The notes beneath the pieces are model-generated. The model was not told the origin of the DNA, did no database searches, and saw only the letters and a program-made list of their open reading frames with translations. From contig CAZQLN010000002.1 of NCBI GenBank assembly GCA_964594215.1, positions 41,855 through 105,854 on the forward strand: a stretch of DNA of 64,000 nucleotides. The letters are read 5' to 3'. This document shows, piece after piece, positions 29,603 through 41,172 of this stretch; position 1 is the first letter of the stretch; the number at the start of each line of letters is the position of its first letter. This stretch comes from an uncultured Bdellovibrionales bacterium. GTDB lineage: Bacteria; Patescibacteriota; Minisyncoccia; Moranbacterales; UBA1568. The position numbers and the translations under genes were made by a program.

Positions 29603-31204
29603 ATGGATGGAATTCGTCGACCAATACCAAAACCACCTGCTCCCTTCCCTCCAAAAGAACGAGTGGTATCTAAAATAGGCTCACCTACACCTCAAAGGAT
29701 TACTCTGGAGCCTCCCCTTAAAGACGTCCCTCTGTACACAAAGCGTCGCATTTTCTTGTGGCGACGAGGCCTACGTTATTTTTTTATTATCTTCGGAATT
29801 ATTATTCTTGGATTAGCAGGGATTACCGCTCTCCATTTCTCTAAAACCATAAATCAGATCCAACTAAAAACAGAAACTAGCCCTTCCTTTTTCTCTCAGG
29901 TAAGTACCCTCACTAGATCTCTTGGTAATGATCCCTTTGAAGGGCTTAAAAAAACTGATGACGGCAGAATTAATATTCTTCTCCTAGGAAGAGCAGGCGA
30001 ACACTACCCTGGCAAGAATCTGACAGACACTATTATCCTTCTCAGTATTGATGCTGGGACACGTAAAGTGGCTCTTATCTCTCTTCCCCGTGACTTATAC
30101 GTGACCCTACCAGAAGAACGCATATCTGCTAAAATTAACTCTCTCTACCAGTACGGTCTCTCACAAAATCAAAGCACTCGTGCCATAGAAAAAGCAGTCA
30201 CTAGCATTACCGGTGAGCCGCTTCACTACACATTTATTCTTGATTTTGATGGTTTTGAAAAAATTATCGATACCTTTGGCGGTGTAGACCTCGAAGTGGC
30301 TCGTGATATTTATGATGAACGCTATCCTGGCAAAAACTACAGCTATGAAACATTTGCTCTCGATAAAGGTTGGCACACCCTTGATGGTAAGACAGCTCTT
30401 AAGTACGTGCGTGAAAGACATGATGATCCAGAGGGTGATTTCGGACGAGCTAAGCGGCAGCAGCAGCTCCTAACGGCCTTGAAAGAAAAAGTCTTTGCTA
30501 ATTCACTCATTTCCAACATTAATGCCGTAAGCAGCCTACTTACTATTTTAGGTGACAGCGTTAAAACAAATGCTAGTCTCGGAGAAATGGAAAGTTTCTT
30601 GCGTCTGGCCAAAAAAATAGACACTCAAAATGTTGAAACTGTCGTCGTAGATGCCTGGAAACCAGAAAGTTTACTCCGCGTTTCTCATGTAGAACTTGGC
30701 GGTGTGCGTGCTTTTATTCTTCTTCCAAGAACGGGTAACTGGCAGGAAATCCAGGAATTGAGCCAAAATATCTTTTCTCACGAGCAAATCCTCAAAAGAA
30801 AAGCCGCTCTCAAAGAAGAGAATGCTTCTATCGCTATTCTCTATCGCAAGGAGAATAGTGCTCAAGCCAAACAAATACTTCAAATACTCGAAGAGGATTT
30901 TCCGGGCACACTCACACTGACGCCTATTGCTGACTATCAAGAATGGCCAGAAAAGAGTATGCTTTTAGAAAGGGTTCCATCAGAAAAGCTGTGGTCTCTA
31001 GATACCCTTCTTAAAAAACTCGCTCTTGAAAAGACTGAATTTCTCCCATTTACGCTTCTTACCGAAGAGAGTGATCTCAGCATAGTCGTCGGCGACAACG
31101 CTTCCTCATTTCTTCCAGACGATCTATCTTTCCAAGAAAATAATGACCCTGAGCCAAAAGAGGGTGATCCTCTCATCATTGAACAAACTGATTCAAGCCT
31201 ATGA
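29603..31204 (+). CDS. LytR-CpsA-Psr (LCP) family cell-wall glycopolymer transferase
   Basis: N-terminal TM; INILLLGRAG...TDTIILLSID...ISLPRDLYV LCP core. Confidence 0.85.
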   Translation: MDGIRRPIPKPPAPFPPKERVVSKIGSPTPQRITLEPPLKDVPLYTKRRIFLWRRGLRYFFIIFGIIILGLAGITALHFSKTINQIQLKTETSPSFFSQVSTLTRSLGNDPFEGLKKTDDGRINILLLGRAGEHYPGKNLTDTIILLSIDAGTRKVALISLPRDLYVTLPEERISAKINSLYQYGLSQNQSTRAIEKAVTSITGEPLHYTFILDFDGFEKIIDTFGGVDLEVARDIYDERYPGKNYSYETFALDKGWHTLDGKTALKYVRERHDDPEGDFGRAKRQQQLLTALKEKVFANSLISNINAVSSLLTILGDSVKTNASLGEMESFLRLAKKIDTQNVETVVVDAWKPESLLRVSHVELGGVRAFILLPRTGNWQEIQELSQNIFSHEQILKRKAALKEENASIAILYRKENSAQAKQILQILEEDFPGTLTLTPIADYQEWPEKSMLLERVPSEKLWSLDTLLKKLALEKTEFLPFTLLTEESDLSIVVGDNASSFLPDDLSFQENNDPEPKEGDPLIIEQTDSSL

Positions 31205-31752
31205 AAATAATTGTCGGTCTTGGTAACCCAGGAGACTCATACAAAAATACTCGTCACAATGCGGGATTTTTAGGGCTAGACTTTTTACATGATGAATTTA
31301 ATGGTACGCCCTGGCAAGAAAAAAAGAAGCTTCTCTGTTTAGTATCAGAATGTATCATTCATGGAAAGAAACTACTCCTAGCCAAGCCTACTACTTTTAT
31401 GAATGATTCTGGTCAGGCAGTTAAGAAACTCCTCGAGTTTTACAAGCTTACCCCTGATTCACTCTTAGTTATCCATGATGACATTGATATTCTAGCGGGT
31501 ACAATACGGCACACTACCTCATCACGAGCAGCTGGTCACAATGGAGTTGCCGATATTATCACTCACCTTAATACTCAGGATTTCAAACGTACACGTCTTG
31601 GTATTGGTAGACCAACAGAGGTCCTTGGTGTTTGCCAACCAAGTCATGATTATGTGCTCGGCAAATTTACCAAAGAGGAACTCCATACCCTTAACAAACT
31701 TTTTGATGAATGTCTTAAAGACGAAATACTCTCATCACTCTTTGATTCCTAG
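31201..31752 (+). CDS. pth: Peptidyl-tRNA hydrolase
   Basis: MKIIVGLGNPGDSYKNTRHNAGF; ATGA overlap with the upstream gene. Confidence 0.93.
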   Translation: MKIIVGLGNPGDSYKNTRHNAGFLGLDFLHDEFNGTPWQEKKKLLCLVSECIIHGKKLLLAKPTTFMNDSGQAVKKLLEFYKLTPDSLLVIHDDIDILAGTIRHTTSSRAAGHNGVADIITHLNTQDFKRTRLGIGRPTEVLGVCQPSHDYVLGKFTKEELHTLNKLFDECLKDEILSSLFDS

Positions 31753-31767
31753 ATTCACAAAACATAC

Positions 31768-31798
31768 AAAAAATCACCCTTTCTCGGGGTGATTTTTT
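31768..31798. terminator. Bidirectional terminator between pth and rplY
   Basis: A5-ATCACCC-tttctcg-GGGTGAT-T6. Confidence 0.7.
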
Positions 31799-31806
31799 AT
31801 TTGAGA

Positions 31807-31922
31807 CTCATACACTTGATTCTGACCACAGCCAGCTGAAACCAAAGTTCCAAACTATTTCAGTGAAAAAAGGCTAGGAGGGATGCCTTCTTTCTCCCTG
31901 TGGTCAGAATCAAGTGTATGAG
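31807..31922. repeat. 116-bp element bounded by a perfect 25-bp inverted repeat (MITE-like or long-hairpin RNA)
   Basis: CTCATACACTTGATTCTGACCACAG at 31807-31831 and its exact reverse complement at 31898-31922; the 66-nt spacer has a nested CTGAAA/TTTCAG stem. Confidence 0.7.
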
Positions 31923-31971
31923 ATTGGCAAAGAAATACTATTCTACGCTGAAAATCAAAGATTTGTCAATC

Positions 31972-32625
31972 CTAGGCCTGAGGAGCCTCTTCCTTAATTA
32001 CTCCTTCAACCTTAGTCACATCAGCCGTTACTTTTTCGTCGAGAGAAGCCATATCAGCTTCTGTACGTGGAGCATCCACCAAAGCAACTGTAGTTTCTGG
32101 ATCGCCAAGAATCTCTACACCCTTTGGTAAAACAATATCTTTAACCTGGATGTGATCTTCAAAAGTGGCTAATTTAGCTATATCTACAGTAATTTCGTGT
32201 GGAAGATCAGCTGGAAGGCAGGTAACGAGAACTTCCTCGAGGGTTTTTAGGAATACTCCTCCCATTTCACGAACCGCCTTCGATTCTCCAACGAAAACAA
32301 TCGGTACATGAGCTTCAAGTTTTTCATCCATACGAACCTGGTATAGGTCTACATGTGTAAAACGTCCATTGAGAGGATGTAGGGCTACTTCTTGGACGAT
32401 AGCATTAACAGCCTTACTTCCTTCTTTTTCAATAGCGATAACACTACTCTGACCGGCTACCTTATACATTTTAGAAAAATCAATATACTGAACCCAAAAA
32501 CTTACGGCTGGCTTACCATGACTATACAGGACTCCTGGAATGAGGCCTTCTTTTCTCTTATTGGCTATTTCTTTGGTCGAGACTTTTTCTCGTCCGGTAA
32601 CTGCTAGTGTAAGATGCTGATTCAT
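31972..32625 (-). CDS. rplY: 50S ribosomal protein L25 / general stress protein Ctc
   Basis: 217 aa; LTLAVTGREKVSTKEIANKRKEGLIPGVLY; classic pth-rplY neighbourhood. Confidence 0.85.
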   Translation of the reverse strand: MNQHLTLAVTGREKVSTKEIANKRKEGLIPGVLYSHGKPAVSFWVQYIDFSKMYKVAGQSSVIAIEKEGSKAVNAIVQEVALHPLNGRFTHVDLYQVRMDEKLEAHVPIVFVGESKAVREMGGVFLKTLEEVLVTCLPADLPHEITVDIAKLATFEDHIQVKDIVLPKGVEILGDPETTVALVDAPRTEADMASLDEKVTADVTKVEGVIKEEAPQA

Positions 32626-32657
32626 AATGCTCTCTCTAATTGTGTTAAGATTTGAAT

Positions 32658-32993
32658 TTAAACTTGAGGGTATAAAATAAGCTTATTGATGTCACCTTTG
32701 TAATCTTTGAGAAACTGGTGGGCATTCCAAACATCATCAGTAGAAAGTGGTTTACCTTGATACAACCTCTTAGCCTCGCTCTGTTCAAGATCTGTCATCA
32801 CTCCAAGACTGACTACCCCCATCTGGCCAAGTGATAAGTGAACCAATGAAGCTCCTCCACAATCATCACAAACTACATGGAGAGTGGTCTTCTTCTCTTG
32901 TTCATCTAATACCAGCATTTTTTTGGCATGCTGACTCGTGTTGCACACCAAGCAACGTACGAGTGACTGAAGATTTTCAAGAGGAAGTTTCAT
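32658..32993 (-). CDS. Hypothetical C4 zinc-ribbon protein (111 aa)
   Basis: CLVC ... CDDC pairs; no family recognised. Confidence 0.45.
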   Translation of the reverse strand: MKLPLENLQSLVRCLVCNTSQHAKKMLVLDEQEKKTTLHVVCDDCGGASLVHLSLGQMGVVSLGVMTDLEQSEAKRLYQGKPLSTDDVWNAHQFLKDYKGDINKLILYPQV

Positions 32994-33081
32994 AAACGAG
33001 AGATGTTTTAATAGCTCATCTCGACAGTCTTTACTGTCGCATTATTGTAGCAGCTCGCTTGCGATACGTCAAGAAAAAGGC

Positions 33082-35145
<2,064 letters not shown>

Positions 35146-35154
35146 CTAAATAAG

Positions 35155-35547
35155 TTATATGCTATTTTTTCTTTCTTGTTTCAAAGTTCGAGCAGTAAAT
35201 TCCAAGAGAAGAATAAACGCTAAAAAAAGAAGAACCAACCACCATGTCCAAATACCTCGATACAAAAGAAAGAGATTTGAGAACAGAAAAATAGTGAGGA
35301 GGAGTGTCTGCCGAAAGGCGGCTCCAATATGTTGAGCTGCACGCTCTTCCCCTAAGCCTTTTTTGTAGACACTGATGACCCCCTCCATGATAACTCCGAG
35401 GAGAAAGGCAAAAAGACTACTAAAAAAAAGAATCCTCCCGGGCATACCAGCTGAGGTTGGGTCTATGGTTAAGACGACGCCAAGCCATGCACTAAAAGCC
35501 AAAAGGGTGAATGTAAATACGCCAATCTGAAAGACTCTTAGAGACAT
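35155..35547 (-). CDS. Hypothetical 4-TM membrane protein
   Basis: 130 aa, four hydrophobic segments. Confidence 0.4.
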   Translation of the reverse strand: MSLRVFQIGVFTFTLLAFSAWLGVVLTIDPTSAGMPGRILFFSSLFAFLLGVIMEGVISVYKKGLGEERAAQHIGAAFRQTLLLTIFLFSNLFLLYRGIWTWWLVLLFLAFILLLEFTARTLKQERKNSI

Positions 35548-35599
35548 AGTGTCGTGCTATTTTTAAGCCTTTACCTACCTTTAGGATAGCAAAAAAGAC

Positions 35600-35633
35600 A
35601 AAAAAAGACAAGTCTTGAGACTTGTCTTTTTTA
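35600..35633. terminator. Bidirectional terminator after efp
   Basis: A6-AGACAAGTC-ttga-GACTTGTCT-T6, a perfect 9-bp stem. Confidence 0.7.
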
Positions 35634-35650
35634 CCTTTATAAAGCCATTT

Positions 35651-36208
35651 TTAGGCTCTTGAGACATACGAGCCACGCTCAGTATTGATAACAATTTTAT
35701 CTCCCACTTTAATGAATAATGGCGTTGTAATTTGGAGGCCAGTTTCTACTGTCACCATCTTATCTCCCCCAGAAGCAGTATCCCCTTTCAGGCCTGGAGG
35801 AGCATCAGTCACTAGAAGGGTCACCTTGGCAGGGAGCTCAATCGTCAACGGTTGACCATTCCACATAAGAAGTGTCACTTCTGTGCCCTCTACCACGTAC
35901 CCCTTACTCTCACCAATAACGCTCCCATCAAGCGTGAACTGCTCGTAGGTTTCGTTGTCCATGAATTCATAGGTGTCTCCTGTTTTGTAGAGAAACTGAG
36001 CCTTTGCTTTAGATACAGAAGCCTCTTCAAGTTTATCTGCTCCCTGGAAAGTCTGCTCCAACACAGCGCCTGTAGTCAGGTTTCTCAACTTGGTCCGAAG
36101 CACTGCTCCCCCGCGACCAATTTTTGAGTGTAAATAATCAATGACCTCGTATGGTTCATTGTTTAGGACAATTTTCTTACCGTTTTTAATTTCTGTAATA
36201 CTAAGCAT
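35651..36208 (-). CDS. efp: Elongation factor P
   Basis: MLSITEIKNGKKIVLNNEPYEVIDYLHSKIGRGGA. Confidence 0.92.
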   Translation of the reverse strand: MLSITEIKNGKKIVLNNEPYEVIDYLHSKIGRGGAVLRTKLRNLTTGAVLEQTFQGADKLEEASVSKAKAQFLYKTGDTYEFMDNETYEQFTLDGSVIGESKGYVVEGTEVTLLMWNGQPLTIELPAKVTLLVTDAPPGLKGDTASGGDKMVTVETGLQITTPLFIKVGDKIVINTERGSYVSRA

Positions 36209-36222
36209 TCTAGTAAGTTTTC

Positions 36223-36417
36223 TTACTTAATGACGTATGGTACAAGAGCCATAAATCGAGCTCTCTTAATAGCTACTGCTAGATGACGCTGCTCTTTGGC
36301 AGTTAATCCGTGTCGCTTAGGAGGATACATCTTTCCTTGTGAGTTCAAGAAACGACGCAAAAAATAAGCGTCTTTATAGTCGAGGTGTTGTAACTTTTTT
36401 GACATTGCTTGGTCCAT
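36223..36417 (-). CDS. rpsR: 30S ribosomal protein S18
   Basis: LDYKDAYFLRRFLNSQGKMYPPKRHGLTAKEQRHLAVAIKRARFMALVPY. Confidence 0.93.
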   Translation of the reverse strand: MDQAMSKKLQHLDYKDAYFLRRFLNSQGKMYPPKRHGLTAKEQRHLAVAIKRARFMALVPYVIK

Positions 36418-36441
36418 ATTGAGTGTTCTAATAAATGAAAA

Positions 36442-36915
36442 TTAAAAAGGGACATCTTCGATACGAATCTCCTCACTTTCATCATCTAGATTAATTGTAG
36501 GGATTTCTTCTTCGAGAGCTGAGTTCGACTTAGCTGCTGAGGTAGGTGCTGCAGCTGGACGTGCAGGCGCTCCTTGAGAGCCTCCTTGAGCACGACTCCC
36601 CAATTGCATACTCTCAGCGATAACTTCGGTAGTGCGTCGCTCGGTACCATCTTTGGCTGTATAGGCACGAGTTTGCAGTCTACCCTCGATGAAACATTCT
36701 TGTCCTTTAGTGAGGTACTGAGAAGCGATTTCAGCCTGACGTCCCCACAAGACAACATTGTGAAATTCTGTCTTATCCTGTTTTTGACCACTCTTATCAG
36801 TCCAAAAGCTATTGGTGGCCATACTGATCGTAGCCACAGACTGCCCCGCCGGTGTAGTGCGAATCTCTGGATCACGAGTGAGACGCCCTACTAAGATGAC
36901 TTTATTAACGTTCAT
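36442..36915 (-). CDS. ssb: Single-stranded DNA-binding protein
   Basis: MNVNKVILVGRLTRDPEIRTT OB fold; acidic C-terminal tail ending DVPF. Confidence 0.93.
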   Translation of the reverse strand: MNVNKVILVGRLTRDPEIRTTPAGQSVATISMATNSFWTDKSGQKQDKTEFHNVVLWGRQAEIASQYLTKGQECFIEGRLQTRAYTAKDGTERRTTEVIAESMQLGSRAQGGSQGAPARPAAAPTSAAKSNSALEEEIPTINLDDESEEIRIEDVPF

Positions 36916-36936
36916 AAACTTTATAGAGTTTACTAA

Positions 36937-37434
36937 TTAAATATCAAGTTTCTTTTTAAGTTGTTCATCAATTTCCTCAGAAGAAACCGCTGTGTTACCT
37001 TCTTCTTTGGTTACTGGTGCTTCTGGCATAGCTCGCATGGCTCCACGACGCTCATAGCGATTGTTTTTTCCTTCTATTTTCGGCTTCTCAACACGCTCAA
37101 TCGCCTTCAGTTCCGGCAAGCTATCAGCACGTAAAATAAGAAAACGTAAAACATCTTTAGAAAGCATCATCGCGCGATTGATTTTTGCTAATGGATGAAT
37201 TTCAATGGTCTCTTGGTCAACTTCATCGTGATCAGGAAGGGTAAAGCGTCGAGCAATATAAATACCTCGTACCTCTTTCTTTACCTGATAAGCGAGTTTT
37301 CTCTTTTCCTCAGTTTCTAAAGGAAGAAGTGTCGCCCCCTCATCAGTGATAATTTTTTGTACTGCCTCCTTAATACGAGGAAGTTCTGCCTCTTTCGTTT
37401 CTCCAACAAGATAGAAAAGTTCATATTCTACCAT
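36937..37434 (-). CDS. rpsF: 30S ribosomal protein S6 (start re-set to the ATG at 37432-37434)
   Basis: MVEYELFYLVGETKEAEL...; rpsF-ssb-rpsR arrangement. Confidence 0.88.
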   Translation of the reverse strand: MVEYELFYLVGETKEAELPRIKEAVQKIITDEGATLLPLETEEKRKLAYQVKKEVRGIYIARRFTLPDHDEVDQETIEIHPLAKINRAMMLSKDVLRFLILRADSLPELKAIERVEKPKIEGKNNRYERRGAMRAMPEAPVTKEEGNTAVSSEEIDEQLKKKLDI

Positions 37435-37613
37435 AGTAGTACTCTTGTTTAATAAAATTAAAAACCGCCTACATACAAGAAAATCCTTCTGCAAAGCGGA
37501 ATGTGTCCTCCTAATCTCGTGACACTTTGGCACAAGCGGGAGAACGTCGGACTTTCTTAGTTGTGGAACCAGTCTATCAGATAAAGATAGTTTTGGCAAC
37601 CCTTAGAAGTTAC

Positions 37614-38936
37614 TTAAATAAGCTTCTTGTAGTTTTTAGACCAGTAGATAATACCGTTGATATACGGTGCATAGCTCGTACCTAGATAGGCTGCTGCTGC
37701 TCTCCGATAGGCTGATTCCTTGCCATCCTTAACCCCTGGCACTCGTCCAAGCTTCAAAGCCATTGCCATCACACCATCAGTAAGATTCCATGGGCTTGGA
37801 GGACGATGACCCGTGATAGAAGCTACTTCTGATTTATAGCCCATCCAGGTATCAGGCATAAACTGAGCTACACCCATAGCGCCCCCGGTACCCGCATAGC
37901 CACTTGGATTACATGATACTTTCTGTTTCTTATAGTCAATATCCAGTTCATCGGTAATGGTTTTAAAGGTTTTACGACGAGCAATAAAAGTCTGGTATGC
38001 TCTTTTAGAAAGCTTGCCTCTTTTGTAGTTAGCTTCGGCTCCACTCTCTACTTGACCGTATGTACAGCCACCAACGTTAGCGCCAAGGTTTGTTTCCATC
38101 TTAAGCACCCCAAATAAAAACCCCTTAGGGACACCTGTACGCTTACTCGCAAAATTAACTGCCTCTTCAATATCTCCTGCATTATACGACTTACCGAGAA
38201 TCTTGTTCAAATCTCCTTGAAGCTCACTCAGTTCTTTCTCAAGTTTTGCTACTACTGCAGCTTGATCTTCAAGATCCTCCGCAACCTCGTTACGCTCAAG
38301 TACCAGTCCTTGTTTCTGTTTGTTTTGGACTGAAAGTAACGTCTCATGATCTTCTTTAGAATCTTCTAGAGCTGCTTTTTCAGTAGTCACTTTTTCTTGA
38401 GCATTGTTCATCTCTCCAATAAGTGATTGTACTTTTTCTTGTGTACTAAAGAGGCCATCGTTGGTAGCCAAGACTTGTTTGACATCATTCTCACTGAGCA
38501 TCACTTCCAAAAGAGGTGTACTCGCTGAATAATACATTTCTTGCAAAAGTGAACGTAGCAAGTGGCGATCCAGAATAATTTGTTTTTCCAGATTCTCAAC
38601 CTCTTGTTCCTTAGATTCAATTGTTGATTGAGTCTCTTGAAGTAGTCGAGCAACTCGAGCAATAGAAGCCTGCGTAGCACTGAGACTTCCACTTATCTGA
38701 TTAAGATCTGTCTGAAGAAGGTTCTTCTTTTTTTCTTCCTTAGCCAACTTCTCTTCTATTTTATCAATACTGTCATTAATTTGATCCTTCTCTTCATTGG
38801 TAATGATTACCTCATCGGCCTGGACTCGTGGCACAAAAGTAGCTCCTACGAAAAGCTGACCTAATAGAATCAGAAGAGTAAAAAAGTGTAGTTTTTTTCT
38901 TTGTTGAAGAAGCATAGTTGTACCATTATAGCACAT
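37614..38936 (-). CDS. Secreted or membrane-anchored peptidoglycan lytic transglycosylase-like protein with a long N-terminal coiled coil
   Basis: N-terminal TM; ~250-aa heptad-rich segment; C-terminal GAMGVAQFMPDTW (MltB/SLT-type motif). Confidence 0.7.
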   Translation of the reverse strand: MCYNGTTMLLQQRKKLHFFTLLILLGQLFVGATFVPRVQADEVIITNEEKDQINDSIDKIEEKLAKEEKKKNLLQTDLNQISGSLSATQASIARVARLLQETQSTIESKEQEVENLEKQIILDRHLLRSLLQEMYYSASTPLLEVMLSENDVKQVLATNDGLFSTQEKVQSLIGEMNNAQEKVTTEKAALEDSKEDHETLLSVQNKQKQGLVLERNEVAEDLEDQAAVVAKLEKELSELQGDLNKILGKSYNAGDIEEAVNFASKRTGVPKGFLFGVLKMETNLGANVGGCTYGQVESGAEANYKRGKLSKRAYQTFIARRKTFKTITDELDIDYKKQKVSCNPSGYAGTGGAMGVAQFMPDTWMGYKSEVASITGHRPPSPWNLTDGVMAMALKLGRVPGVKDGKESAYRRAAAAYLGTSYAPYINGIIYWSKNYKKLI

Positions 38937-38945
38937 TTTATCCCT

Positions 38946-38986
38946 AAAGAAAAGCCCTTCATCCTATACAATGAAGGGCTTTTTAC
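38946..38986. terminator. Bidirectional terminator after recA
   Basis: AAGCCCTTCAT-cctataca-ATGAAGGGCTT, a perfect 11-bp stem flanked by A/T runs. Confidence 0.65.
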
Positions 38987-38999
38987 TTTCTGGAAGGGC

Positions 39000-40013
39000 T
39001 TATTCTTCACTAGCACCACCAAGGTCTATTGGATTCTCTTCGGACAGCTTAAGAATCTTTTTTTCAATAGACTTAAGCACCTTTGGATTTTCTTTGAGGA
39101 AGGCCTTGGCCGCCTCTCTCCCTACGCCCAATTTTGTTTCTTCAAAAGTGTACGAATTACCAGATTTTTTGATTGCCTGATACAACACACCGGTATCGAG
39201 AACATCTCCAGCCAACGAAATACCTTCATTGTACATGATATCGAATTCAGCCGTCTTAAAAGGAGCAGCTACCTTATTCTTAACTACCTTAACTTTTGTA
39301 CGATTACCAACAATGGCATCGCCTTTTTTGATTTGAGCACTACGGCGAATTTCGAGACGTACTGATGAATAGAACTTCAATGCTTGTCCACCAGTGGTGG
39401 TCTCTGGATTACCAAACATAACACCTATCTTCATGCGAATCTGATTGATGAAAATCACCACAACATTAGATTGAGCAATAATGGCAGTCAATTTACGAAG
39501 AGCTTGAGACATCAATCTAGCCTGACGTCCTACATGATGATCCCCCATATCGCCTTCTATTTCAGCTTTTGGTACCAAGGCGGCAACTGAATCAATGACA
39601 ATAACATCAATCATATTAGAACGCACCAAAGTTTCCACGATATCAAGAGCTTGTTCACCGGTATCTGGCTGAGAAACCAAAAGGTCATTAATATTCACTC
39701 CAATACGTTTAGCATATTCTGGATCAAGCGCATGTTCCGCATCCACAAAAGCGGCCACTCCTCCAGCCTTTTGGGCATTGGCGATAATATGAAGTGTCAA
39801 CGTAGTCTTACCCGAAGACTCTGGTCCATAGATTTCAATAATACGTCCTCTTGGCACCCCGCCAATACCCATAGCCATATCCAAGGAAACCGATCCCGTA
39901 GGAATAGCTTCGACATCAACTTTTGGTACATCGCCCAACTTCATCATCATGCCCTCGCCGTACTTCTCTTGGATGACATCCAAGACACTCTCGATCTTAT
40001 TCTTTTCTGACAT
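39000..40013 (-). CDS. recA: Recombinase RecA (probable start at the ATG at 40011-40013; the track start 40052 adds 13 aa)
   Basis: [13 protein letters not shown] Walker A; canonical RecA core and L1/L2 loops. Confidence 0.95.
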   Translation of the reverse strand: MSEKNKIESVLDVIQEKYGEGMMMKLGDVPKVDVEAIPTGSVSLDMAMGIGGVPRGRIIEIYGPESSGKTTLTLHIIANAQKAGGVAAFVDAEHALDPEYAKRIGVNINDLLVSQPDTGEQALDIVETLVRSNMIDVIVIDSVAALVPKAEIEGDMGDHHVGRQARLMSQALRKLTAIIAQSNVVVIFINQIRMKIGVMFGNPETTTGGQALKFYSSVRLEIRRSAQIKKGDAIVGNRTKVKVVKNKVAAPFKTAEFDIMYNEGISLAGDVLDTGVLYQAIKKSGNSYTFEETKLGVGREAAKAFLKENPKVLKSIEKKILKLSEENPIDLGGASEE

Positions 40014-40127
40014 ATTTTTATCTTTGCTGGTTTCTTTTTTTACTTTTACCATAGGTGTGCATTACTTCGAGTACTCTCTAGTAGCTCGATTCTTGTTTAA
40101 TTAGATTACATATAATAGTAAACGTTT

Positions 40128-41135
40128 TTATTCTACCTTCTTCGTTGTTTCTTGTCTACCAGATGCTTTAAAAATCGCTTCTTTAAGGGGTTTCTCATCT
40201 TCTCCAAGGGTTTCTTTTTCACCATTCTCATATATCACACTCGTCGCCTTGGCATTAGTGGTTGTAATCTTAATATCATCCTTAGCTTCAATTTTTTTGC
40301 TAGTCCCCGCTTCCATTGGACCGTTTTGTACCACTACACCATCAGCCGTGATCGTCACCGTTATGAGTTTTTCTGCCTTCACTTCTAACGAAAAATTCTC
40401 ATCATCACGAGCTCTTTCCTGAAGCTCTTCTGAGCTTGGGGCAACCGTCTCGGGAAAACGTGCTTCGAGAGTAAGAGTTTCTGTCTTAGACTTTTCAAAA
40501 CGATTAATAGCGACTATCGTCACGGTATTCACTCCTGGTTGTAAGGTGAGTTTCTCGCCAAATTCTCCATTACTTCCCACAAAACTTGCCTCACCATTAA
40601 TTGACACCCGTGCCCCCTTTTCGGTCTTACCTCGTAACATAATTTCACTTGTTTCACTCACCGTACCAGGTGCAGGTTCAAGAATCACCAACTCGGGCTC
40701 AGCTGCAAAACGAGTGAATTCTTGATAGAGGTATCCAAAAACAGCGATCGTAAAAACCGCAATGACCGCTACCATCACTGTTCTTGAAGTAATCACAAAT
40801 GAAGAGATGGGCAGATTGAAGGTATTGTTTTTTACTGGAGCTGTATTGCCAAGATTTTTCTGAATATTACGTTCCTGTTCATAGAGTTTCATCAAAATTC
40901 CTTCATCAACACCAAGGAAGCGCGCGTAATTCCGGAGAAATCCACGCACGTAAACATCAGCTGGCAACTTCTCATACTCTCCGTTTTCAAGATATTCGAG
41001 ATAACGAACCCGGATACGAGTCGAACGAGCTACTTCGGAAAGCGGTACATGAGTTTCTCCTCGCAATTTCCGAAGCTTCTCACCTAAGGTAAGTGACTGA
41101 ATTTTTTTACGTGTAAAACTGGCTTCTACCATCAT
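40128..41135 (-). CDS. rodZ: RodZ-like cytoskeleton-associated protein (HTH-XRE, TM, C-terminal domain)
   Basis: LTLGEKLRKLRGETHVPLSEVARSTRIRVRYLEYLENGEY HTH followed by a single TM. Confidence 0.7.
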   Translation of the reverse strand: MMVEASFTRKKIQSLTLGEKLRKLRGETHVPLSEVARSTRIRVRYLEYLENGEYEKLPADVYVRGFLRNYARFLGVDEGILMKLYEQERNIQKNLGNTAPVKNNTFNLPISSFVITSRTVMVAVIAVFTIAVFGYLYQEFTRFAAEPELVILEPAPGTVSETSEIMLRGKTEKGARVSINGEASFVGSNGEFGEKLTLQPGVNTVTIVAINRFEKSKTETLTLEARFPETVAPSSEELQERARDDENFSLEVKAEKLITVTITADGVVVQNGPMEAGTSKKIEAKDDIKITTTNAKATSVIYENGEKETLGEDEKPLKEAIFKASGRQETTKKVE

Positions 41136-41172
41136 ACCGGTATTCTTTGATCCGCCTCATAATTAACGCTCT

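Noticed and set aside
31900-32130. 76-aa plus-strand ORF
   Set aside because: It starts inside the 25-bp inverted repeat and runs antisense into rplY; it is almost certainly a by-product of the repeat element.
35591-35610. Tandem direct repeat AAAAAAGACA x2
   Set aside because: It is simply the A-rich 5' flank plus the left arm of the efp terminator hairpin; not an independent repeat family.
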